From Lepidodermella squamata (Eukaryota; Animalia; Gastrotricha), in the NCBI GenBank assembly GCA_047495785.1, contig JBLDXI010000023.1, positions 682,001-746,000 of the forward strand: a stretch of DNA of 64,000 nucleotides. The letters are read 5' to 3'. How positions within the stretch are numbered: position 1 is the stretch's first letter; the number at the start of each line of letters is the position of its first letter. Position numbers and translations under genes: made by a program. The notes beneath the pieces are model-generated. The model worked only from the letters and a program-made list of their open reading frames with translations, made no database searches and had not been told where the DNA came from. Positions 1-11,417 of this stretch are shown here, piece by piece.

Positions 1-889
1 CGCTGCTATTTCCCAGATGTCAGTATCTCCTAAAAGCTCCGATGTTGGGTCGATTGAAAAGTCGGCATTACCAAAAACCACCACCCCGGCATCAACAGCT
101 TGCTCGAACTCAGCGTAGCAGTGAAGAGTGTCAATAGAAATCGAGCGAATCGAAAATTGTCGCAGCTCGATGTTAGGGAAGAATAAGTCCAATAGCATGC
201 AGATTTGGAAAATGGCAGAAAACCTAAACATTCACGATTAATGAATGGTCAATTTGGGTTTAATTCTGCGAAAAGTAATTTTTATGAATACTCTGCGTAT
301 TTTCACACTTTAGGCTTTTTCGCATTTCGGGGGTGTGTAAGCAATGCTATCTATAGATGAGCCTAACTTACCTAAAAAGTACTTGACTGCACTGTCGAAT
401 GGAAATGGATCTTTTAGAGCGTTTATGTGAGTTACGGTTGGCCACCAAACAGAGGAGCGATTTTTCAAGAAAAACAGCGCGTATTCAAAGTCGGGCGTGG
501 ACTTATCAAGGAGATCTGCAGCAGTAAAATCGGAACACGGCAAAGCCCACTGCAACACGGCATCAGTGAAAACCGTCAATCTAAAAGGGAAGAAGTGAAA
601 AACAAGTCGAGAAAGGTCGGGGAATCAGCTTAAGTTTGCCTCACGTTTGGCCTATGTCGTCAACATCGGAAATTCTGTGTACAGCAACTTGAAGGTCTAT
701 TACCATGGGTGTGAAATTTGTTTGAAGTGAATGTTCCATTGCCACGTCGGCATCATAAGCCAACGGGCACAACTCGGCGAATTTGTCCTCCAACGCTTTC
801 CTTTTGCTGACAAAGGGTGACGATACAACGGCTGCCACTGAACCAGTTGCCACGAATGTAATAATTACAATCAAGCCGAGCATTTCCAC
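1..889 (-). pseudogene. pLGIC subfamily A gene A1 (3 exons, runs off the window start); 1-bp deletion in the Cys-loop FPFD motif
   Basis: Exons 889-645, 580-372, 223-<1 with GT-AG sites in phase, paralogous to A2-A5. Minus strand reads CGA TTT CTA TT GAC ACT CTT CAC TGC: 11 nt where F-P-F-D needs 12, so a frameshift at ~135. Could be an assembly error. Confidence 0.75.
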
Positions 890-1306
890 CTCGATTTTTA
901 CCCACGATCAGTGCGCATAAGTAAGATTTTTTAAACCGGTCGATAATTGCATTATTTATTAAGTATGCCCCTGCCGCGAGCTCTTTGCAAGAGATTCGTG
1001 GAAAAATCTTAGAATGGATTGCAATGTTTTCTTTCACCATGTTCTCTCCACGATCCTTGCATACAGGCCAACACTGAAGCTCATCCGATTTGCATCTGAT
1101 CCGGGCTAGTAATTAGCAGCATGAATGGAGCTTGTCCTGTTGCTGTTAAAATCAATCTAAGCGGTTGCTCAAGTCCACTCTGTATGTTGCAGCCGGCTTT
1201 ATCTTTACATTTTATGAAAATTAAGTAGATTTTATTTTTGAACTGGGAGTTCAGTAATTTCGAGTACGTCGACACACCCGTGATTTACCGCGCTAAAAAG
1301 GTTAAT

Positions 1307-2808
1307 TCAAGAAATCATTTTATTCAAGTAAAACGCAAAACAGCAGCAAACGATGAAGGTTGAGGCAACGCCCATTGCAATGTCAGCAATCCGAACGACG
1401 CGAATTTCAACGGATTTGAGTTCGATTATTTTAGCAGCAATCTTGGATGATGCAAACGAAGACACTACCAAAGAGTAGATCGTAATAATGACGCAAACAA
1501 CGAGTTTGACCACCACTATTTGAACAAGATAAACTTCTTCAGATGTTTTAGGGATGGTCGCAAACACTATTGTTAGAAGCACTGCCAGGGATAAAACGAC
1601 CGTCATGCCGAAAGTCGGCCGATCTGGGGCAGTTGGTTCGATGAAAAGGCCGAAAACTTGCAGGATGAACAACGCGATAACTGGTAGGAATATATTCGCA
1701 ACAAAGTAGTTGTATTTTCGTTTCAAGAAGAAATGCAGCTTGACGTTGCTCTGCCGATACCCGCCTGCACGTTGCACTACGGTCACTGTATAATTGAGAG
1801 GCTCTGCCACTTCCCAGATGTCAGTGTCACCAAGAAGTTCGGATGTGGGATCGATTAAAAAAGATATTGAACCAAAAACAATCGTCTCAACGCTTAGAAC
1901 GTTTTCGAATTCAATGTAGCAGTGCAAGGTGTCGAAAGGAAACCGGGTGAATCGAAAATCGTCACAGCTTGAAGTCACGGAAGCGTACGTCCAATAATAG
2001 GCCGATTTAAGCAATGGCAAATAAGCTGAAAGAAATAAAATTCGAAACTGATTCCGAGGTCGAAATTACGTTTAATTCTCAATTAAACTCACAAGTTTGC
2101 GTTATTTCATGAACTTACTAAAATTCAAGTCTTCGGGAGGCCCTCGGGTCATTCATTTCGTAAAGAGCATCATAGCTCAACATTTCTCAAGTTATAATAA
2201 TAGAGGATATGAAACATCTTCTAATTTCTAAGCTGTTATCACTCTATTTGAATCACCGATGACTACTTTTAATGATGGAAATATACAATTTACCTAGAAA
2301 GTATGTTTCAGCACTGTGAAATGGGAATGGATCCTTCAGAGCGTTGATATAGACAATTGGTGGCCACCAAACTGCCGAGCGATTTTTCACGAGACCAATC
2401 GAGTCCTCGCTAGCAGGTGTCGAGCCTTCAAGCAAATCTTGAGCATTGAAATTATCCGAGCACGGCAAGTCCCACGTAAGAATGCCATCCATAAAAACCG
2501 TCATGCTAACGACAGATTCAAAGTAAAACTGGTGAATGATAAGATTCGCCCTACGTTTGGCCTAAATCGTCGATCTCCGAGATTCTGTCGGCAGCAACTT
2601 GCAGATTGACGACCAATGGCGTGAAATTCGTTTGAAGCGAATGCTCCATTGCCACATCCAAAGCATATGCTAGCGGGCATAATTCAATGAATTTTTCTTC
2701 CAAAATCTTTGTTTGGCTGACCAGAGGCGATAGCAGATTCTTAGAGACCGAGATTCGACAGAGTGATAGAACAATAATAGCGGAACTAGAAGCCACTAAA
2801 ACTCTCAT
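1307..2808 (-). CDS. Divergent Cys-loop ligand-gated ion channel subunit A2
   Basis: Exons 2808-2555, 2505-2294, 2025-1307 splice in frame. Signal peptide, WWPP loop A, CDDFRFTRFPFDTLHC Cys-loop, LKRK pre-M1, four TM segments. Confidence 0.9.
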
Positions 2809-3127
2809 TTTGTGTAGTAATGGGAAAAATCAAAGAGTTTTCCGTCAGTAGGAGTTTTTGCAATCAATCGATAAATGTCGCATCGGAACGTGCGAGAGAT
2901 TCTCGATTTCCACCCAAGATTCGCGTATTAGTTTTCAATTAATTTTTAACGAAGCGCTCTTTCTATTTGCTTTCGAGAATGATGCGAGACTGTCATGATT
3001 GCATATATAGATCACAGACCAACTGATCATCAATGCGAATCAAAATTAAAAAGAATCAGCTACAACATAATGACTGATAACTGCATCAGAAATAGAAAAA
3101 CCAAAACTAATTTTGGTGATAGCACAG

Positions 3128-3271
3128 TCAATACATCATTTTAACCAGATAATAAGGAATTGAGATGCAAACAACGACAATAGAAGCCACGCCCATTGCC
3201 ATGTCAGCAATGCGAATGATGCGAAATTTAACAGATTTGAGTTCAATTTGTTTATCAGCGAGCTTGGATGA
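3128..3271 (-). pseudogene. 3' remnant (M4 and stop codon) of an A4-like pLGIC gene
   Basis: Near-identical to 7848-7991; similarity stops abruptly at 3271. Confidence 0.85.
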
Positions 3272-3765
3272 TATTTCAAAAACAAAGATTCAGTTTCTTT
3301 ATATCGCCAATAATATAATCGTGCCCCTTCTTCGAAAGTCGCAATTACGGAAAGTATGAGATTTAGCGTTGGAAAATTGGTGATTGGTTGAAAACATCGT
3401 TTTTGCCCATCCGAAAGGTTCGAAAATGCCAGAAACTCTCTACGCGATATTCTCGGATTTCTATCAAAATTGAGGCAAGGCTGCTTTTTTGCGCTATTTT
3501 CGGATGCTGAAATCGTGGGTTTTGATGGGGAAAATTTTAGCCAGAAATCAAATTGATAAAATTGTCTGACCATAATATTGAAAACAACCTTTAATAGCTA
3601 TACAAAATTGCATTTGAATAATAATAAAAGTCGCTGTTTTTTGAGGATGCAATTTTTGCCTTTTTTCTCTCACCGCGCATCGTCATTTTGAAAGCTACGT
3701 CAAAATCCAATCACAAAAGCTTGTTTTGAATAGGAAACACGGTTAATGTTTTCATCCGAGTTCTG

Positions 3766-4040
3766 TTACCATCTTCCACGTTTGAGCGTTCACGTTTTAT
3801 CACGGGAGCAACATACTTTGTGCCATCATATGGCGCAAATTTTCCGTAACCCCGGCAGGACAAGGCAATGAATAGGCTACAGGCCATGATTCCGACGGAC
3901 CACAGAACTTTCTCCTGCTGTAGGATTCATCGAAAAGGACTATCATCGATACAACTGCGAGGAACAAGAGAGCTGTTAGCAGGAAGAGTTGAAGAACGCG
4001 TCTTAGCAGCCACTATTCGCGACTATTCGGAGCCATTTCG
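3766..4040 (-). pseudogene. Disabled copy of the small two-TM gene at 10655-10990
   Basis: Aligns to 10655-10935. GAG>TAG nonsense change at ~4014 and a 2-nt indel at ~3920. Upstream 4100-4250 also matches ~11000-11150. Confidence 0.75.
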
Positions 4041-4286
4041 TAAATTTGACGAAATTTGGTTTCGTGATAAAACGTGGACTAAGATTCATATTTAATGTTC
4101 GGGCCTTTTAAAGGGCCGCCTTATTGACGCAAACATGGGATAAGCCATACCGTCGGGGTCGTCTGTTATCGCTTTGAGAGATAGAAAAATCAAACAAATG
4201 CTCCTGGAAATGAGGAAAACGTGGTTGAAAAACTCGGCAAAAATGCACACGTCTTTGAAAATCTTTAAAATCTTTGAATACTGGGT

Positions 4287-6082
4287 TTATTGCATCATTT
4301 TATTTAAATAAAATGCGAGGAAAAAACCGACAATGGAAATAGAGGCAATGCCCGTTGCAATGTCAGCAATTCGAACGAAGCGAATTTCTACTGTTAATAG
4401 CCTCACTACTCTTGCTGCGATTTCACATGAAGAAAATGAAGAGACAATCAGAGAATAAAGCGTTATTATAACACTGACTACGAGATCAACAACTAAAAAT
4501 TTCACGAGGTACACTTCTTCTGATGTTTTCGGAATGTTGTCGAAAACGATGGTTAGAAGCACGGCCAGGGATAAAACGACCGTCATGCCAAAAGTTGGCC
4601 GATCAGGGGCAGTTGGTTCGATGAAAAGGCCAAAAACTTGCAGGATGAACAACGCGATTACGGGTAGAAATATATTCGCGACAAAGTAGTTGTATTTTCG
4701 CTTCAGATAAAAATGAAGTTTGACATTGCTTTGCTGTAGCCCACTTAAACGCTGAACAATGCTGGACGTGTAGTTGAGAGGAGCAGCCACGTCCCATATA
4801 TCAGTTGGTCCGAGAAGCTCTGACGTTGGATCCTTTGAGAAAGTGATTTGTCCAAAAATGGCTATTTTACCGCCAGCAGCATGTTCGAATTCGATATAAC
4901 AGTGTAACGTGTCGAAGGGGAATCGTGCGAAACTGAAGCCGATGCAGCTTGATGTCAGTGATGAAAAAGTCCAATAAAATGCCAATTTGGTGGGCGGCAG
5001 GACAGCTTGGGTAAATTGAATAATTGATATTTAATAGGTCTGACATCTAAAACTTTCTCCCTAAAATATCCGGGGATCTAATAGAAAAATGAGAACAAAT
5101 AATTTTGCTTTTTCATTTGGTGTCAAATTTGGCTCCGCAGCAGTCACATTTGATTTCTTGTTTCTTTTCATTTATAATTTTCTAATAGTTTTCATTAGTC
5201 CTGATCGAAATTTTTAAACTCGCATGTCTCCATCCATCACGGTTTAGGCTGTGCGAAAATAGGTCGAAATCGCCATATCCACCCAACTGCTTTAGCCAAT
5301 TATTTCGAGTAGCCCCTAATTTCTGTATCAGATGCTTCCAACAGTGGTTTCCGATATTTTAAACATTTTTGCTCGCTAACTGTCCCTCTCACTGATACCA
5401 CCGATAACATTTATAGTTTGAATCATACTTCACAAATCCGCATTCAGATCGGTATACAACTTTTCCAGCTTCAATAATTCAGCCCCATCTGCCCAGATTT
5501 TGGGGTGCACGCCTGGGCAGATTGCTTCACTGCTTCACAATGAAAACTTAATCTAATGTTTTTACCTAAGTAATACTTGGCAGCGGTGTCGAGTGGGAAA
5601 GGATCGTGCAGAGCGTTTATGTGAATAACAGTCGGCCACCAAAAAGATTCACGATTTTTCACGAAGTAGACATAATACTCGATATCAGGCGACGAGCCTT
5701 CCATCAAATCATCGGCTGTAAAATCATCGGGGCATGGCAGATTCCACTGCAGTACGACATCTGTGAAAACTGTCAATCTGCCAAAGCAGCTTAAAATGAT
5801 ATTAAATTGTTGATAAGATTCGCCCTACGTTTGGCCTAAATCGTCCACCTCTGAGATCCTGTGCACCGAAACTTGCAGATCGACGAGCATCGGCGTGAAA
5901 TTCGTTTGTAGCGAAAGCTCCATGGCTACATCGGTGTCATACGCTAGCGGGCACAACTCGGCGAATTTCGCCTCCAGGGCCTTGCTCTTGCTAACTCGGG
6001 GTGATGGCAGGTTCTGAATTGATTCAGAAATTTGGAAAAGTTCGGAAAGGGCTATCGCCAGATATAAGAATAATCCCGTCAT
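4287..6082 (-). CDS. Divergent Cys-loop ligand-gated ion channel subunit A3
   Basis: Exons 6082-5829, 5777-5566, 5005-4287 in frame. CIGFSFARFPFDTLHC, PDRPTFGMTVVL M2, four TM segments. Confidence 0.9.
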
Positions 6083-6476
6083 CTTTTGTAAGTAAGGATA
6101 ATACCGATGTAATGTTAATTTTTATTATTATCAATCGTTAATTGAATCGTTGGCATATTTGCACGCAGCCAATTATCTCGCATGAAGTTCTCTTGTTTTC
6201 TCTTGATTAATTTTTAACAAGCAAGCGTTTCAGCTGCGAAGCTAAGAATAGCCGCCTTTCCAAGAAAAATGCGAACTAGTTTATGCACACTACCGAGGAG
6301 ACGCCTGGGCAGGTTAAACAGTTATTACTTAAGATTCAAAGATAAATAACGCTGCTAAGTGAGAAATTAATGTTTTCAGTTTCAGAAATTCAATGATCAA
6401 GCTCATTAAACCTGATGATCTTCGTCGGTTTCAGCCTTGTAACTTCCTTGTTTCAGCCTTGTAACTTCCCCGGTAA

Positions 6477-7026
6477 TTAGCCACTAGCCGTGTGTTTGGG
6501 AACGTCGAGAGGATAACGCCTATAATTCAGATAAGTCGGATGCGGCTCACTGGGGTGATGAACACGGTAGTCAGCCGCCGGCGTGGAACAGATGACACGG
6601 AGGCCACCACTGCGCATGTCGACAGCCGTTTGATAGTCGATGCAGGTCGGTGCGCTCGAGCTCGCTTCATGACATTCCAGAAACATTATCATTGATGACC
6701 ACATGCTAAATGAAAGGGTTCGAGGGGACCGGCTCTTGACGAGACTGGCCGCCAGGAGCACCTTGACGTGACATTGGTGGTAGCGGATTGTTAACCGGCG
6801 GTGTTGACGACGACCCTGGGAGAACAAGAAAATCGCCATCGGTATCCATACGATCGCCGGAGGACGAGGGCGAGGCAGCGGTTGAGAGGCCCTTCACATT
6901 GAGTTTCTTCGGCAGCTTCGCGCTGTCAGGCTGCGGCGGCGTGTCATCTTTCGACGCCTTCTGCTGAACGCCGTCTTTAGGCGGACGCCATCGGCCGATG
7001 GAAGGCGGCCAGCCGTCGTCAACCAT
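6477..7026 (-). mobile_element. GC-rich insertion, possibly a degenerate retroelement ORF1/gag fragment
   Basis: GC content rises abruptly. A Pro/Ser-rich ORF continues through stops and frameshifts into RSGGLRVICST. No diagnostic domain recognised. Confidence 0.3.
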
Positions 7027-7209
7027 ATGATTAGTATGATTAGTACGTTATAGTCCGCTCTATCCGTGTGTCGGTTTTATCGGCTGGAAATAAAGTAGAT
7101 TTGATTTTCCAAGTGGAAGATGGCTCAATTTGTATTAATCAGCGAATTCGGATCTATGTCGTCTTAACAGGTCAAATACCAACTTGAGTTCTCCGGCGTG
7201 AGTTTCTCC

Positions 7210-7827
7210 TTAAAAGCCCATTAGTTTATTCAAGTAAAACGATGAAGCAGTAGCAAATGATGAGGTCGAGACAACGCCCATTGCAATGTCAGCAAGGCGA
7301 ACGTCGCGAATTTCATCAGATTTAAGTTCGATTATTTTAGCAGCAATCTTGGATGATGCAAAATGCAAACGAAGATCCGACGAAAGAGTAGAAGAGTTGC
7401 TACAGAGTAGAAGCACGCTAGGGCTCACGACCGTCAAAGGTCGGCCTATCGGGGCGGTTGGTTCGATGAAAAGCCCGAAAATGAAGATGAAAAGCGCAAT
7501 TTGTGGCAGGATTATATTCAAAGCGCGAAGGACAGTTTTCGTACTACAGCAGAATGTACATGAAAAGCGCAGAAGAGAATGGGCCCGGACTCGAATTCGA
7601 ACTCGTGATCTCCCGAGGGCGAGCTGAACCATTGAGCCACCGAACCACCCTCCTCTAGCGCTATCATAATAGTGAAGACCTCACAGATAGGAATATATTC
7701 GCTACAAAGTAGTTGAATTTATGTTTCAAATAAAAACGAAGTTTGACTTGCGACCAGACTTGTGGCCACCAGACTGACGAGCGATTTTTTGCGAGGCCAA
7801 CCGAGTCCTAGGCACCAGGGATCGAGC
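7210..7827 (-). pseudogene. Collapsed, internally deleted copy of A2
   Basis: 7210-7520 and 7690-7750 match A2 exon 3 with deletions; 7760-7827 matches A2 exon 2 (2360-2425); interrupted by an insertion at ~7520-7690. Confidence 0.8.
7520..7690 (-). mobile_element. tRNA-derived SINE-like insertion
   Basis: Minus strand has A-box-like TGGCTCAATGG and B-box-like GAGTTCGAA, flanked by an imperfect ~12-bp duplication (aggattatattc / aggaatatattc) of the host exon sequence. Confidence 0.5.
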
Positions 7828-7847
7828 TAATTGGTCAAAGTTTCCAT

Positions 7848-9236
7848 TCAATACATCATTTTAACCAGATAATATGGAATAGAGATGCAAACAACGACAA
7901 TAGAAGCCACGCCCATTGCCATGTCAGCAATGCGAATGATGCGAATTTTAACAGATCTCAGTTCAATTTGTTTATCAGCCAGCTTGGATGACTCAAATGA
8001 AGATGTAATCAATGCAAAAATGGTGATGATAACGCAAATCACAAGCTTGACAACCACAATTTGAACAAGATAGACTTCTTCGGAGGTTTTCGGAATGTTG
8101 TCAAAGACAATGGTTAGAAGTACAGCTAATGATAGCACGACAGTAATGCAAAAGGTTGGGCGATCAGGCGTAGTTGGTTCGATGAAAAGGCCGAAAACTT
8201 GAAGGATGAACAACGCAAGAACCGGTAGAAATATATTCGCGACAAAATAGTTGAATTTCCGTTTTAGATAAAAGTTAAATCGAACATTGCCTTGGCAAAA
8301 ACCGCCTGAACGTTGCATGACGGTCAGGGTGTAGTTGAGAGGCTCTGCCATTTCCCAGATGTCGGTATCGCCTAGAAGTTCTGATGTTGGATCGGCTTGG
8401 AAAGTTACGTTGCCGAAAACGATCAATTCAACAGGTAGAATACTTTCAAATTCGATGTAGCAGTGGAGCGTGTCGAAAGGAAATCGAGCGAATCGAAAAT
8501 CGTCACAGCTTGAAGTCACAGCAGCAAACGTCCAGAAGTTGGCCCATTGGGTATATGGGAAGTATGCTGGAGATAGAAAATTTAAAGCGAAAATATTATG
8601 TTGATAATTAAGAAAGTTTTCGCTCATCGCTCGAATCCGAATTTTCGGAATTTTATACCTGCCCAGTTTCTTTCCTAAATGAGAAGGTTGGCAAACTTGG
8701 TAAGTTACCTAGAAAGTAAGTTTCAGCTATGTGGAACGGAAATGGATCTTTCAGTGCGTTGATGTGAACAATATACGGCCACCAAATAGATGAGCGATTT
8801 TTCACGAGGTAAACAGAGTTCTCATCCGAAGGCTTCTCGCCTTCCATGAAGTCTTGCGGCGTGAACTTGCACGGCAAGTACCACGAAAGAATGCCATCCA
8901 TAAAAACCGTCATGCTAATGATTAAAGGGATATATAGCAAAATAGCTGAAAGATTGGATTCGCCTATTACGTTTGGGCTAGATCGTCTATTTCTGAGATT
9001 CTGTGCACAACAACCTTCAGATCGACGACCATTGGCGTGAAATTCGTTTGAAGGGCATGCTCCATTGGTATGTCCGGCACGTAGGCCAGTGGGCATAATT
9101 CAGCGAATTTGGCCTCTAAAAGTTTTGTTTTACTGACAAGAGGCGACGAGAGATTCGCTGAGGCCAGGACAATTCCGAAGAGAAATGATAGAAGAATGTA
9201 AGAAAATGTCGAAGCGATAACCGCTGAAGCTCGCAT
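7848..9236 (-). CDS. Divergent Cys-loop ligand-gated ion channel subunit A4
   Basis: Exons 9236-8971, 8914-8709, 8566-7848 in frame; same motifs as A2. Confidence 0.9.
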
Positions 9237-9671
9237 TTATTCAGTCGAAAAATAATTATTCAAATCGAAGAACTTACGACCTGTAAGGCTTACAGGAGTT
9301 TCTTCCATCAGGCGTAGATAAACGTAGATATTGTCAAACATATGTTTCTCAATTTCTCACTCAAGTTAGTTTGTTAGCTTTCAATTAATTTTTCATGCAA
9401 AGTGACGCTCTCTTTATTTGCTTTCAAGATTGTGGCGAGTGAGTGCATGTGCGGGATTGAAGCCCATCACCGATTGAACTTCCAACCTACTTGAACGTCA
9501 AATCGCCAGCCCTTTCTATGACTTTGCCATCGGTAATCTCCCAAGGCGCTAACGTTTTTCATTGCAAATCCATCAAATTAACATAATGTGCGTAGAACTT
9601 GGCCAGGCCGGTATCGGGAAGCAAGCTGTTACATTTTTTTTCCCACGTTAGCACACCTATTTGATAAGGCC

Positions 9672-9678
9672 TATAAAA
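9672..9678 (+). promoter_or_regulatory. TATA box (TATAAAA) upstream of the small secreted protein gene
   Basis: Canonical TATAAAA ~60 nt upstream of ATG 9733. Confidence 0.5.
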
Positions 9679-9732
9679 AGGCATGAAACTGTTATAAGCT
9701 TTATATCTCGCCTATAACTACGACTTCTTAAT

Positions 9733-10282
9733 ATGCGATTTCTCTCCTCTACGATTTTCGTCGTCTGCAGCGTTGCAGCGATTGCCGGGTCCATTCTAGC
9801 TGGGGCCTCGGAACTCAACGGTACATAGCAAATTTTATAATAGAATGGGAAATTTTGGGAAAACTGTCCATTAAAATCCAACTATTCAAAATTTGACTAA
9901 AATTTTGAAATCATCATCAAAATTCTATTGTTTTTAACCCTCATGCCATTTCTGTTCAGAACGCAGTGAGACTCCTACAGCGGTCCTCGTCAGCTACGAC
10001 GTATTTCTATCCCAAGAGTGCAAGGACGCTGCTGTGAACACGACCAACATCGCCATCAAAAATTTCAGCTATTCGGAAAATGCCTGCAAAGACATGTCGC
10101 GAGCGATGAGAGCCAAATGCTACAACGCGTTCTGGCACTGTTCCATAAAGGAATACAAGAATTACGAAGCTTTCTCGGCTAAGGCTTGGTGCTTCGTGAA
10201 CCCCTATTCCGTTGGAACAACTCACGGCAATTACGCCATCGATCTTTGGGTAGCAACATCGTCAACCAGATGCGCTATTTGA
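9733..10282 (+). CDS. Small secreted Cys-rich protein (136 aa, 2 exons), family unknown
   Basis: Exon 9733-9820 encodes a signal peptide (MRFLSSTIFVVCSVAAIAGSILAGA...) and joins exon 9960-10282 through a phase-1 GT-AG intron. Six Cys in the mature part. Confidence 0.75.
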
Positions 10283-10654
10283 GCCCCGAAGCTGAAACCT
10301 AACACTGCAAGTCTTATGGAAATATTGCTTTTGAGGCAAAATGGCCAATAAAGTGACTGCATGCTTTCAAACTCCCAAATCATTAAGCGATGAAAGGCTG
10401 AAGTTGATGAATTGAACGAAATCCACCAAAGAAATCCATGGAACAAAGTAGAATAAGCCTGACTGTTGTTTTACCAAGTTTGGCTGAATTTCAGAATCTT
10501 TTAAAATTCACTCTTGAAGCTTTCTGAAGTGAATTTTATGAGTACCTATGGCGGCGATTCAATTTTACTTGTGACTTTACAAAAAAAGACATTAGCCGAT
10601 AAAATAATATCACATAAAAGCTTTTTCTAGAATAGGAACACGAACAATGTTCTG

Positions 10655-10990
10655 TTACCATCTTCCATGGTGGATTTCACGGCCATTTGAACGTTCCAAA
10701 GGAGCAACGTACTTTGTGCCATCATATGGCGCAAATTTTCCGTAACTCCGGCAGGACAGGGCAATGAATAAGCTACAGGCCATGATTCCGACGGACCACG
10801 GAACTTTCTCCTGCTTTGATTCACCGAAAATGACAATGGTAGATCCAACTGCGAGAAACATGAGAGCTGGTAGGAGGAAAAGTTGAAGAACGCGTCTCAG
10901 CAGCCACTCTTCGCGACTATTCGAAGCCATTTCGTAAATTTTTGACCGGTTTTCTGTGAATATGAGTAGATTGCGAACTGCGGAGCTCAT
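10655..10990 (-). CDS. Small two-TM protein, family unknown
   Basis: Two hydrophobic stretches (VLQLFLLPALMFLAVGSTIVIFG; VPWSVGIMACSLFIALSC), TATAAA upstream at ~11008-11013, and a disabled duplicate at 3766-4040. Start may be ATG 10930, and a further 3' exon is possible. Confidence 0.55.
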   Translation of the reverse strand: MSSAVRNLLIFTENRSKIYEMASNSREEWLLRRVLQLFLLPALMFLAVGSTIVIFGESKQEKVPWSVGIMACSLFIALSCRSYGKFAPYDGTKYVAPLERSNGREIHHGRW

Positions 10991-11417
10991 GTGATATCAC
11001 CGGGCCATTTATAGGGTCACCTGGCTGACGCAAACATAGGATAAGCCACACCGGCGGGGTCGTTTGTTATCACGTCGAAGCGATAAGAAGAGCAAACAAA
11101 AGCTCCTGGAACTGGGGAAAACGTGGTTAAAAAACTAGGCAAACATGTTCACGTGTTCACGTGCTGCTCGTTTTCAATTAAGATTTATTTGTTATTGTAA
11201 ACAGGTAAGTCAACGAAGATAGTGGAAGTAGATAACCTGCAACGGCGGGTAATGATGTTTATTGAACAAATACTGGAGAACAATTTCCTCTCGTTTCAAG
11301 CGCTGTTTTCCATGGGATGAAGATCCACGCGTAAACTCTTTCCCCGCGATTCACTCGAAATCACGTTCTTATAGAAAATCCAAGATGGGAATCTAGACTC
11401 ATCGTTAAGTACTGGAT

